The position numbers and the translations under genes are program-made. The notes under the pieces are model-generated. The model was not told the DNA's origin. It did not search any database and saw only the letters and a program-made list of their open reading frames with translations. DNA of 37,852 nucleotides from a virus, in the UHGV virus genome UHGV-0199318. One strand, written 5' to 3'. Position 1 is the stretch's first letter. Each line of letters starts with the position of its first letter. Positions 10,254 through 16,878 of the stretch are shown piece by piece.

Positions 10254-10340
10254 ATGAGTGAACAGAACGAATTTGGCAGAGTATCCGCAGAGGAACTGGA
10301 AAAAGTATTTGAGACAGAAGAGCAGGAGGAACAGGAGTAA
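10254..10340 (+). CDS. 28-aa acidic micro-ORF (MSEQNEFGRVSAEELEKVFETEEQEEQE) coupled to the endolysin
   Basis: Strong AGGAGGTG RBS at 10241-10248. Its stop overlaps the endolysin ATG by 1 nt. Too short for the ORF track, no known homology. Confidence 0.3.
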   Translation: MSEQNEFGRVSAEELEKVFETEEQEEQE

Positions 10341-11143
10341 TGAAAATTGGCTTAAGGGGAGGACACTCCCCGAATTGTAAAGGTGCAATCGGTCTGATCG
10401 ATGAGCAGGCAGAAGTGCGGAAAATCTACAATGAGCTTGCACCGATGTTGCAGGCTGTCGGTCATACTGTGGTTGATTGTAATTCCAACGCATCCAATGT
10501 GTCTGGTGAGCTGTCTGACGGCACAAATAAGGCGAATAGTGCGGGGTGCGATATCTATGTCACCTTGCACATGAATGCGGCAGGAGCGGCGTCAGCGGGC
10601 GGCACAGAGGTGTGGTTATACGATGCATCTAACCAGACCATGAATACGATCGCAAGTAATATCTGCAAAAATTTTGCTGGAAAAGGATTTGCGAATCGTG
10701 GAGTGAAATACAGTTCCGGCTATCACGATCTGAATGCATCTAATATGCCAGCTATGATCGTAGAGACATTATTTTGCACCGGAACAGATGATGTGGCCAG
10801 GTACCGGAGCTTAGGAGTTAAAGAAGTTGCAGAACTGATCGCAAAGGCGATCGACAGCAAAGCATCCGCAGGAAGTGGGCAGGGAAATAATCAAAATACA
10901 GGAGATCAGAAAGGAGAAGAGACTATGCAGTGTATGTTTACAGTAGAGGGAAAAGGATGTGTATATTGGTATCATGACGATAAGATTACGGCTTTGGGAC
11001 ATCCGGACGAGATGAAGATCCTGATGGATATTTACAAAGCGAACAATGGAAGAGATATGCCGTCTTATCATTGGACAAAAAAAGCGCCGTGGCACGCAAG
11101 ATTGCTTGCGGTTCTGAACAGAAAACCATCTACATCTATCTAA
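10340..11143 (+). CDS. N-acetylmuramoyl-L-alanine amidase endolysin (Amidase_3 catalytic domain plus C-terminal wall-binding region)
   Basis: GGHSPN..GA.G.IDE....R.I...L......GH.V.D...N......L.......N.....DIYVTLHMNA...A..GGTEVW and ETLFCTG match Amidase_3 motifs. 267 aa. Last gene of the lysis cassette. Confidence 0.9.
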   Translation: MKIGLRGGHSPNCKGAIGLIDEQAEVRKIYNELAPMLQAVGHTVVDCNSNASNVSGELSDGTNKANSAGCDIYVTLHMNAAGAASAGGTEVWLYDASNQTMNTIASNICKNFAGKGFANRGVKYSSGYHDLNASNMPAMIVETLFCTGTDDVARYRSLGVKEVAELIAKAIDSKASAGSGQGNNQNTGDQKGEETMQCMFTVEGKGCVYWYHDDKITALGHPDEMKILMDIYKANNGRDMPSYHWTKKAPWHARLLAVLNRKPSTSI

Positions 11144-11149
11144 TAAAAT

Positions 11150-11175
11150 CCCCTCGGAGATCGTTCTCTGAGGGG
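11150..11175. terminator. Bidirectional hairpin between the convergent endolysin and recombinase genes
   Basis: cccctcggaga-tcgt-tctctgagggg (11-bp stem with one G-T pair). T/A-rich on both sides. Confidence 0.5.
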
Positions 11176-11195
11176 TGAATATTGTATCATTTGCT

Positions 11196-11241
11196 TTGTA
11201 CTAAGTATACATCCCCAAATGGGGCTAGATGTTTAGTACAA
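11196..11241. other. Candidate attP core for the adjacent serine integrase: 46-bp imperfect inverted repeat around a central AA
   Basis: ttgtactaagtatacatcccca|AA|tggggctagatgtttagtacaa. Outer 9 bp and inner 5 bp of the arms are perfectly symmetric and the middle is degenerate. Even length with a non-palindromic central dinucleotide. Lies 7 bp from the recombinase stop codon, between the lysis module and int, where attP sits in integrated prophages. Confidence 0.4.
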
Positions 11242-11247
11242 GACGCA

Positions 11248-12642
11248 CTAAATAAAATCAACACCTTTAATCGTATTGTCTTCGTTTAGATAAATTTCCT
11301 GGATTGTAGATCTCCAAAAAGAACGTCTATTTTCCAAAGACAGCGTATCATACATTTGCCGAAAGTCAGTTTCTAATAGTTCTTCCACATAGTGCAGGCT
11401 TCTCGTCTCTTCCTCCTCTGGAAAAGCGGCAGAAGCGGAATGTTCTTCTTCCAATCTCTGGTACTCCTTATCGTAGTAATCGTAAGAAATCCTCCCTTTT
11501 TGAAATAACAAATTTAATCGTTCCATTTCTTTTCTCAGTTTTTCCGGATCTTTCGTTTTCTTTTGCTTTTTTAGCTCTTCGCTGATCTGGTTGCTGCGTA
11601 CTTTATACTTTTCGTATTCTCTTTCGAGATTTTCGAGCAAATATTTTTCGACAAGGTTCTGGCTCACCCTATGCCTATACGTGCAAATATGATCGATAAG
11701 TGCTCTATTGCAACGGTAGTAGCAGTACGTTCTTTTTTCCCGTGTTTCACGGTTTATAATGGACGAGCATCCTGTACCGACTAATTTCTGTCCGCATACA
11801 GGGCAACGAATCAAACCCGTAAATAGGTATACTCTGCCAGATGGTGTGCTTTTTATATTTCTTTTCGAGATAGTTTGCATCTCATTCCATTCTTTTTCTG
11901 ACAGGTAGGCGGGGCAATAAGGATACCCTCTGTATGTCCCTTTATAAAATTCGCTGGATAACATCGTCCGTAACATGCCATAGCTAAAATCAATTCCATA
12001 GGTTTCCTGCATGTACCGGATAGCGCCCTTCTTGGAGTTATGATTTCTAAAATATTCAAAAAAATCTTCCACCATGTGCTCTGTTTCCGAATCTTTAACC
12101 ATGCATTTCTTTCCATCTACAACACCTGTTTTATAACCAAAAGGCATATTTGCATCTCCAAATATTAGCTTTTTCTGTCTTATAGATGCTTCATTCACAA
12201 ATTTAATTCGCTCGGATGTGGTGTCTACTTCGTTTTGACCGATCGACAGCACTACATTTAACTGCAATCGTCCATCTCTTGTCTCCATGTTTATACCGGG
12301 CTCTGATACGGAAATCCAGCGAACACCATGATCATCAAGCACATCTTGCACCTTATAAAAATCAGAAAGATTTCGAAACCATCTGTCGAGTCTCCAGAAA
12401 ATTATCACATCAATTTTATCCCTTTTTACGTCCTCTACAAGAGCGTGTATGGCTTTTCTTTTCTTCAATTCTTTTCTGGCAGTCTTTCCCTCGTCCGCAT
12501 AGACGCCTACTATAGACATATTGTTGTCTGTTGCGTATTGCTCCAGGCATTCTTTCTGTGCTTGCAGAGACTTGCCATGCACGCTCTGCTCAAATGTGGA
12601 GACGCGGATATATATGGCACACCGCAGTATTTTTTCTGGCAT
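11248..12642 (-). CDS. Large serine recombinase (phage integrase of the resolvase/invertase superfamily)
   Basis: N-terminal resolvase catalytic domain (AIYIRVSTFEQ....SL.AQ with nucleophile Ser; D..DVIIFWRLDRWFRN), followed by a recombinase domain, a Cys-rich zinc ribbon (C..C....C...C) and a coiled coil. 464 aa from the ATG at 12642, which has an AAGGAGAG RBS. Confidence 0.9.
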   Translation of the reverse strand: MPEKILRCAIYIRVSTFEQSVHGKSLQAQKECLEQYATDNNMSIVGVYADEGKTARKELKKRKAIHALVEDVKRDKIDVIIFWRLDRWFRNLSDFYKVQDVLDDHGVRWISVSEPGINMETRDGRLQLNVVLSIGQNEVDTTSERIKFVNEASIRQKKLIFGDANMPFGYKTGVVDGKKCMVKDSETEHMVEDFFEYFRNHNSKKGAIRYMQETYGIDFSYGMLRTMLSSEFYKGTYRGYPYCPAYLSEKEWNEMQTISKRNIKSTPSGRVYLFTGLIRCPVCGQKLVGTGCSSIINRETREKRTYCYYRCNRALIDHICTYRHRVSQNLVEKYLLENLEREYEKYKVRSNQISEELKKQKKTKDPEKLRKEMERLNLLFQKGRISYDYYDKEYQRLEEEHSASAAFPEEEETRSLHYVEELLETDFRQMYDTLSLENRRSFWRSTIQEIYLNEDNTIKGVDFI

Positions 12643-12819
12643 TTGCATCACTCTCCTTTTGTAAAATATATTTAAAATTTGTACAAAAATAACAGCCAGC
12701 GTACGAACTGATGTTCCGCTTGCGTGACTGCCCCGAAGATGATACAATATTCGTGGATTTCAATCGCATATCTTCGGATATGTATACCGTCTCTGTTGGC
12801 GCAGGGGCGGTTTTTTATT

Positions 12820-13350
12820 TTATTGTACGGCGATTTTTTGAGTGTCTTTTTTGTTGTCAAACGATATCATATCAGATGCTTCAATCGTGAGTTCTGTGTC
12901 ACTCTTTAATTTATACACCTGACACACTTCAACGGTTCCACCTGGCTGTACTTCGTTCAAGGCGTAGTTGTTCATAGAGTCGTTCTGTTCAGTCATGATT
13001 CCTATTTCACACTCACTGCCATCTTGGAAACACTGCACGTTTGCTGTAATTCCAGCTGTTGCATTTTCATCAGAATTGTTCGTGAAAGTGTAGTAGTAAA
13101 GCAAACATTTATTTCCTTCATAATCGTTTGCAAATTCATGTCTTACATATTTTACATTAAATTTTTCTGTTGTAAAATCTATAATTCCATCGTCTGCTGG
13201 CTGCGCATCCTCTGTCTTTGTTTCGTTCTGATCTGTCGCAGTTTCCGTATTTGTCTTGTTGTCTTTTCCAGAGTCCGTATTCCCACCACATGCTGTAACG
13301 GACAACACAATAGCTCCAGTTAATAACATAGCTACAATTTTCTTTTTCAT
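12820..13350 (-). CDS. Phage-encoded lipoprotein of unknown function (moron; superinfection-exclusion candidate)
   Basis: MKKKIVAMLLTGAIVLSVTAC has a lipobox (VTAC) and a type II signal peptide, then a Thr/Asp/Asn-rich linker and a beta-rich domain. Own RBS (gaggaaaagagga). Located between int and the repressor, the classic lysogenic-conversion slot. Confidence 0.7.
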   Translation of the reverse strand: MKKKIVAMLLTGAIVLSVTACGGNTDSGKDNKTNTETATDQNETKTEDAQPADDGIIDFTTEKFNVKYVRHEFANDYEGNKCLLYYYTFTNNSDENATAGITANVQCFQDGSECEIGIMTEQNDSMNNYALNEVQPGGTVEVCQVYKLKSDTELTIEASDMISFDNKKDTQKIAVQ

Positions 13351-13476
13351 GTTTTTCCTCTTTTCCTCTGTACTTTTCCACAATTTATATATAAACGCCG
13401 AAGCGGTTATACCATATTAAATTAAAATCTTCCATCAATCCTTATAAAATATAAGAACAAATGTTCGAATAAAATG

Positions 13477-13505
13477 TTGATTTTTGTTCCCTGAGATAGT
13501 ATTAT
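13477..13505 (+). promoter_or_regulatory. Sigma-70-type promoter (TTGATT-17-TATTAT) with an overlapping operator-like inverted repeat
   Basis: -35 at 13477-13482, -10 at 13500-13505, spacer exactly 17 nt. ccctga(N15)tcaggg dyad spans the -10. Confidence 0.45.
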
Positions 13506-13552
13506 ATGTTCAGGGATTTCGAACATGTGTTTTGCAGTTAGGGGGATCGCGA

Positions 13553-13651
13553 ATGGACTACAAAAAACTTATCATTGAATTGGTTAACAAGTCCAACAAC
13601 ATTGAGATGTTGGAACTTGTATACCGATTCTGCAAAAAACTTTTAGACTAG
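13553..13651 (+). CDS. 32-aa micro-ORF (MDYKKLIIELVNKSNNIEMLELVYRFCKKLLD) convergent with the repressor gene
   Basis: AGGGGGA RBS 6 nt upstream of the ATG. Preceded by a consensus-like promoter and ending inside the bidirectional terminator. Predicted amphipathic helix, no known homology. Confidence 0.3.
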   Translation: MDYKKLIIELVNKSNNIEMLELVYRFCKKLLD

Positions 13652-13671
13652 GGAAAACCCTAGTCTTTTTT
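13645..13671. terminator. Perfect bidirectional rho-independent terminator shared by the micro-ORF and the repressor gene
   Basis: agactaggg-aaaa-ccctagtct (9-bp perfect stem) flanked by A-run / T-run. Each stem half contains the gac-tag stop of one of the convergent ORFs. Confidence 0.7.
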
Positions 13672-14040
13672 AATTAAGCTCTCTGCGAGCTTTTCTAGAA
13701 CATCCCATTCACTTTCATCCAGCTTTGAAAGAGCTTCTACTAATCTCTTTTTAAATGTATCGTTTTCCATTATAAGATCGGCAGCGAAGTCCGTGATCAA
13801 CTGGTCTCTTGTCAACGGGATAAACATTTCACCGTTTCCGGTTCTTAACCATTCTTCGTTTACATTGAATTTTTCGCACATCAACCTATAAATCGGTTCC
13901 TGTTTCTCTGGATTTTTCAAACGGTTATTTTCAATATTATTTATAACGTCTCTTTTTACTCCAAGAGCTTCACCGAATTCGGTCTGTGTCATATGTAATT
14001 GTTCAGTCCGGAGGAGTTTTATTCGCTCGAACATTTCCAT
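13660..14040 (-). CDS. CI-like HTH (XRE family) repressor; non-cleavable, lacking an S24 peptidase domain
   Basis: N-terminal HTH (LRTEQLHMTQTEFGEALGVKRDVINNIENNR). 127 aa from the ATG at 14040 with AAGGAGGTGA RBS. Divergently oriented to the early operon. No LexA-like C-terminal domain. Confidence 0.85.
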   Translation of the reverse strand: MEMFERIKLLRTEQLHMTQTEFGEALGVKRDVINNIENNRLKNPEKQEPIYRLMCEKFNVNEEWLRTGNGEMFIPLTRDQLITDFAADLIMENDTFKKRLVEALSKLDESEWDVLEKLAESLIKKD

Positions 14041-14063
14041 TCTATCACCTCCTTGCAAAGTAC

Positions 14064-14092
14064 ATTATATCATAACTGCATGAGTTTATCAA
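14064..14092 (-). promoter_or_regulatory. PRM-like promoter for the repressor (TTGATA-17-TATAAT on the minus strand)
   Basis: Minus-strand -10 TATAAT = plus 14064-14069. -35 TTGATA = plus 14087-14092, embedded in operator O1. Spacer 17 nt. Confidence 0.5.
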
Positions 14093-14096
14093 CTCA
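14081..14096. promoter_or_regulatory. Operator O1: 16-bp palindrome tgagtttatcaactca
   Basis: Half-sites TGAGTT/AACTCA. Overlaps the -35 of the PRM-like promoter. Confidence 0.55.
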
Positions 14097-14125
14097 AAAA
14101 ACGAATAAATTTTTAAAAAATAGGG

Positions 14126-14154
14126 TTGACAAGCTCTAAAAACGGATGTATTAT
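14126..14154 (+). promoter_or_regulatory. PR-like early promoter (TTGACA-17-TATTAT)
   Basis: -35 at 14126-14131, -10 at 14149-14154, 17-nt spacer. Points into the rightward early operon. Confidence 0.65.
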
Positions 14155-14169
14155 GAGTTTACAAACTCA
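14154..14169. promoter_or_regulatory. Operator O2: 16-bp palindrome tgagtttacaaactca
   Basis: Same half-sites as O1 (14 of 16 identical). Begins at the last base of the PR -10 and covers the predicted transcription start. Confidence 0.55.
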
Positions 14170-14200
14170 AACAACACAAACAAAAACTGAAAGTGAGGAA

Positions 14201-14539
14201 ATGGAAATGAAAATAAAAGAAGAATTTGGATTTTACATTAGAAAGACAGTTATAAAAAATCTGCTATCAGCTCACAGGAAGATAGCAGATCGTGGGAATG
14301 TGAAATCTCTTATTATTTTAACAAAATTTATTTTAAAGATTTCCAATCAATTCAATGATATGTTGATTGATCTTGGGCTTGAAGAAAATGACAACAGCTC
14401 TGATAAACCGCCGGATACGTCCCGACACTGCAATGCAGCCGAAGCCGGTTCCAAGCCCGGAAGATGCAGAGGACAGAATATAAGGAAAGGAGGAGTGAAG
14501 AGATGCATGAAATTTTTTGCACACGCAAAACATTTTTAG
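14201..14539 (+). CDS. Hypothetical first early-operon protein (no recognisable Cro-type HTH)
   Basis: 112 aa from ATG 14201 with GAGGAAA RBS. Contains a 10-bp perfect inverted repeat (14259-14290). Coding status uncertain. Confidence 0.35.
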   Translation: MEMKIKEEFGFYIRKTVIKNLLSAHRKIADRGNVKSLIILTKFILKISNQFNDMLIDLGLEENDNSSDKPPDTSRHCNAAEAGSKPGRCRGQNIRKGGVKRCMKFFAHAKHF

Positions 14540-14859
14540 GAGGAAAATCCATCGCAGCAATATCTTTTGAGCTTCCCGAAAAAGAGTGGGAAGAATTGAA
14601 AGAAACACAAGGATGGCAATTCGTAGAAAGATTTTTAAATCGAAAGAGAAAAGGGGTTGTAAATAATTTCGAACTTTTAAAAGCGATTAGTGCTGAACGA
14701 GAATTCAGTGAGATGATCATTGCGTTGGCAGAAGAATTTAAAACGCCTGAAAAGCTGGAAGAGGCTTTAAAAAAGGAAATTTCAGAGGAAGAGCTGCGAC
14801 ATACATTAGAAGCAGCTCAAGAAAGTGATTATCCTCTATTCTTTTCAGGCATGCAGTAA
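14503..14859 (+). CDS. Hypothetical acidic protein
   Basis: 118 aa from ATG 14503, strong AGGAGGAG RBS. Overlaps the previous ORF out of frame. Confidence 0.5.
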   Translation: MHEIFCTRKTFLGGKSIAAISFELPEKEWEELKETQGWQFVERFLNRKRKGVVNNFELLKAISAEREFSEMIIALAEEFKTPEKLEEALKKEISEEELRHTLEAAQESDYPLFFSGMQ

Positions 14860-15056
14860 GCACAGCCGTTTCTGTTTACAGCAAGCATGGAAGCAAAAAT
14901 CACAGCTTCTGTATAAGTGTCGCAGTTAAAAACATGTTCTGGTTTTATTTCATCGATTTGACATTGCGGTGTTTCGCGGTCTAGATCGTGAATTTCTCCA
15001 GTGTTTTTGTTTAAAACAAATTGCTTTCCGTTAAAAGGTGAATTACAACGTCTCAT
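14829..15056 (-). CDS. Small cysteine-motif protein (75 aa) on the opposite strand inside the early operon
   Basis: MRRCNSPF...PQCQ...FNCD...GCAYC (5 Cys, including CxxC). AAAGGAG RBS 7 nt upstream. Own putative promoter TTGCTT-17-TATACT on the minus strand (~15095-15130). Converges on the preceding gene with a 31-nt overlap. Confidence 0.45.
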   Translation of the reverse strand: MRRCNSPFNGKQFVLNKNTGEIHDLDRETPQCQIDEIKPEHVFNCDTYTEAVIFASMLAVNRNGCAYCMPEKNRG

Positions 15057-15185
15057 AAGATTGCTCCTTTCGTAATACTCAGGCATGGCAGTGCCCTGTA
15101 TTTACAGTATAGGAGATAAACAAAAAGAAAGCAATCCCGCCACGGAGGTTACGATGGCAATAAAAGAATTAGGAGGTAAAAAGTA

Positions 15186-15938
15186 TTGAACGAGTTAATC
15201 AAAATCAATTACGAAACAGAACAGCCGACAGTCTCGGCAAAAGATTTACACGAACAACTAAATATCGAAACACCATTTAAAAAATGGATTGATCGCATGT
15301 GTGATTACGGTTTTGAAGAGTCGAAAGACTTTTGGACAAAAATGTCTAAAAGTACAGGAGGTCGCCCATCAAAGGAATACAACCTTTCAGTTGATATGGC
15401 AAAGCAGATCTGTATGATTCAAAGATCACCAGAAGGAAAGCAGATTCGCCAGTATTTCCTTGATCTCGAAAAAGCATGGAATACACCAGAACAGGTAATG
15501 GCCAGAGCCTTAAAGATGGCAGGCAAGACCATTGACAGCCTGAAAGACAGATGCAAATTCCTTGGAGGGCAGGTTGTAGAACAACAGAAATTGATCGAGG
15601 AAATGACGCCGAAAGCGAACTATGTTGACCATATTCTGGAATCAAAATCACTGGTAGCCACTACGCAGATCGCCAAGGACTATGGAATGTCAGCTGTGAG
15701 ACTTAACCGGATTCTGAATGACATGAAAATTCAATACAAAGTCAATAAACAGTGGGTGCTCTACTCAAAATATCAGAATTGCGGCTATGTGCATAGTAAA
15801 ACAATCGATATTACAAGGAGCAACGGAGATCCGGATGTAACAATGCAGACGCAGTGGACACAGAAAGGGCGCTTGTTTTTATACGAGGAGCTTAAGAAAA
15901 ACGGCATCTATCCAGTAATTGAGCTGAACGCAGCATAA
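15186..15938 (+). CDS. ant: Phage antirepressor (AntA N-domain plus KilA-C/ANT C-domain)
   Basis: N-terminus TVSAKDLHEQLNIETPFKKWIDRM...GFEE..DF is AntA-like. C-terminus QIAKDYGMSAVRLNRILNDMKI...QWVLYSKYQNCGYV is KilA-C-like. TTG start with AGGAGGT RBS. Confidence 0.85.
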   Translation: MNELIKINYETEQPTVSAKDLHEQLNIETPFKKWIDRMCDYGFEESKDFWTKMSKSTGGRPSKEYNLSVDMAKQICMIQRSPEGKQIRQYFLDLEKAWNTPEQVMARALKMAGKTIDSLKDRCKFLGGQVVEQQKLIEEMTPKANYVDHILESKSLVATTQIAKDYGMSAVRLNRILNDMKIQYKVNKQWVLYSKYQNCGYVHSKTIDITRSNGDPDVTMQTQWTQKGRLFLYEELKKNGIYPVIELNAA

Positions 15939-15948
15939 GGAGGTACGC

Positions 15949-16104
15949 ATGAGCGAGAAAGAGAAAGAAATCATCAGAAAAGTGGCACAAACACTGCCAG
16001 ATATGTCCGACATGAATAAAGGATATTTTCTCGGATTTGCAGAAGCTATGGCATCCCAGAAGAGCCAGAAGAACGAAGAAAATAAAGAAAAAGAGGATAA
16101 CTAG
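15949..16104 (+). CDS. Hypothetical 51-aa protein
   Basis: AAGGAGGT RBS and ATG at 15949. Below the ORF-track size cutoff. Confidence 0.4.
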   Translation: MSEKEKEIIRKVAQTLPDMSDMNKGYFLGFAEAMASQKSQKNEENKEKEDN

Positions 16105-16157
16105 GACAACATATCTCGGACAATCCATCCGTCATACATATTAGAGAGGTGGTGCAA

Positions 16158-16289
16158 GTGACTATAAAAAACATCGTAGTAATCAACGGCAAAGAGGTAG
16201 AAATCAAGGACTTGCCGGACGCTGAACTGTTTGCAGAAAAGCTAAACCGGAAAGCTCTGACCGCAAGAAACTATGAGGAAGATAGGTGA
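16158..16289 (+). CDS. Hypothetical 43-aa protein (GTG start)
   Basis: AGAGAGGTGG RBS then GTG. Product VTIKNIVVINGKEVEIKDLPDAELFAEKLNRKALTARNYEEDR. Confidence 0.3.
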   Translation: MTIKNIVVINGKEVEIKDLPDAELFAEKLNRKALTARNYEEDR

Positions 16290-16293
16290 TGAC

Positions 16294-16407
16294 ATGAAGC
16301 CAGATATGGAAAAAATCATACAAGTGTTGATATCTCTAATTGAAGAGCAAGAACATGTGAAAATTGATTACACACTCGAAAAGAGGACAGAAGAGAAAAC
16401 CGCCTAG
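16294..16407 (+). CDS. Hypothetical 37-aa protein
   Basis: AGGAAGATAGGTGA RBS followed by ATG. Product MKPDMEKIIQVLISLIEEQEHVKIDYTLEKRTEEKTA. Confidence 0.3.
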   Translation: MKPDMEKIIQVLISLIEEQEHVKIDYTLEKRTEEKTA

Positions 16408-16429
16408 GCGGTAGAAGGGAGGACAAGCT

Positions 16430-16615
16430 GTGAAAAGGCTGACAGTGAATCAGATCAAGAAATTCATCCAAGCCCTAGAATCCACGGAAAGAGTGGATGG
16501 TTATTCCGAACAGCAGAAACTTCATGCGATTGCCTGTCTGGAAAATTACAGGATGGCTTTGGAAATGAAAGGCATAAAATCCGAGAAATTAAAGGAGGAA
16601 GAACATGGAAATTAA
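16430..16615 (+). CDS. Hypothetical 61-aa protein (GTG start)
   Basis: GGGAGGA RBS. Its end overlaps the start of the next ORF. Confidence 0.4.
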   Translation: MKRLTVNQIKKFIQALESTERVDGYSEQQKLHAIACLENYRMALEMKGIKSEKLKEEEHGN

Positions 16616-16793
16616 AGGAACCTACCACTGCCAGACCACTCAGCAACCCAACACATTAAACAGCTGGGACATCCGGTCAGTCTCTGTAGATCTGCCGGAA
16701 GAAGAGGATAAGCCTTATTGGATCAGAGCTGGTGCGATGGTGATCGGGTTTATCTTGGTGATGCTGGCGTGGTATCTGGTGTTTGGGTATTAA
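16605..16793 (+). CDS. Small membrane protein (62 aa)
   Basis: AAAGGAGGAAG RBS. C-terminal TM helix AMVIGFILVMLAWYLVFGY. Confidence 0.45.
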   Translation: MEIKGTYHCQTTQQPNTLNSWDIRSVSVDLPEEEDKPYWIRAGAMVIGFILVMLAWYLVFGY

Positions 16794-16878
16794 AAAGAGT
16801 GCTGTCACAGGGCGGCAACCCTCGAGCACTCAAGAAATTAAATCATTTAAATTGTAGACGAAAAGGAGAAGTTTGTAA

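Noticed and set aside
9845-10255. 136-aa minus-strand ORF opposite the holin
   Set aside because: Antisense to a high-confidence holin with a family-level signature; hydrophobic translation is the mirror image of the holin TM codons.
12643-12747. Longer N-terminal start (MYHLRGS...) for the serine recombinase
   Set aside because: No RBS before the ATG at 12747. A strong AAGGAGAG lies immediately before the internal MQMPEKIL start, and the resolvase catalytic domain begins right after it.
12733-12777. Inverted repeat ccgaagat(N29)atcttcgg between the lipoprotein and integrase genes, as an alternative attP
   Set aside because: Odd total length (45 bp) with a single central base and essentially no symmetry in the inner 29 bp. 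The 11196-11241 palindrome fits serine-integrase attP architecture better. Kept only as a fallback candidate.
12672-12909. Two short ORFs (minus 12672-12860, plus 12724-12909) in the int-lipoprotein intergenic region
   Set aside because: Overlap the 3' end of the lipoprotein gene; no RBS; basic low-complexity products; likely non-coding.
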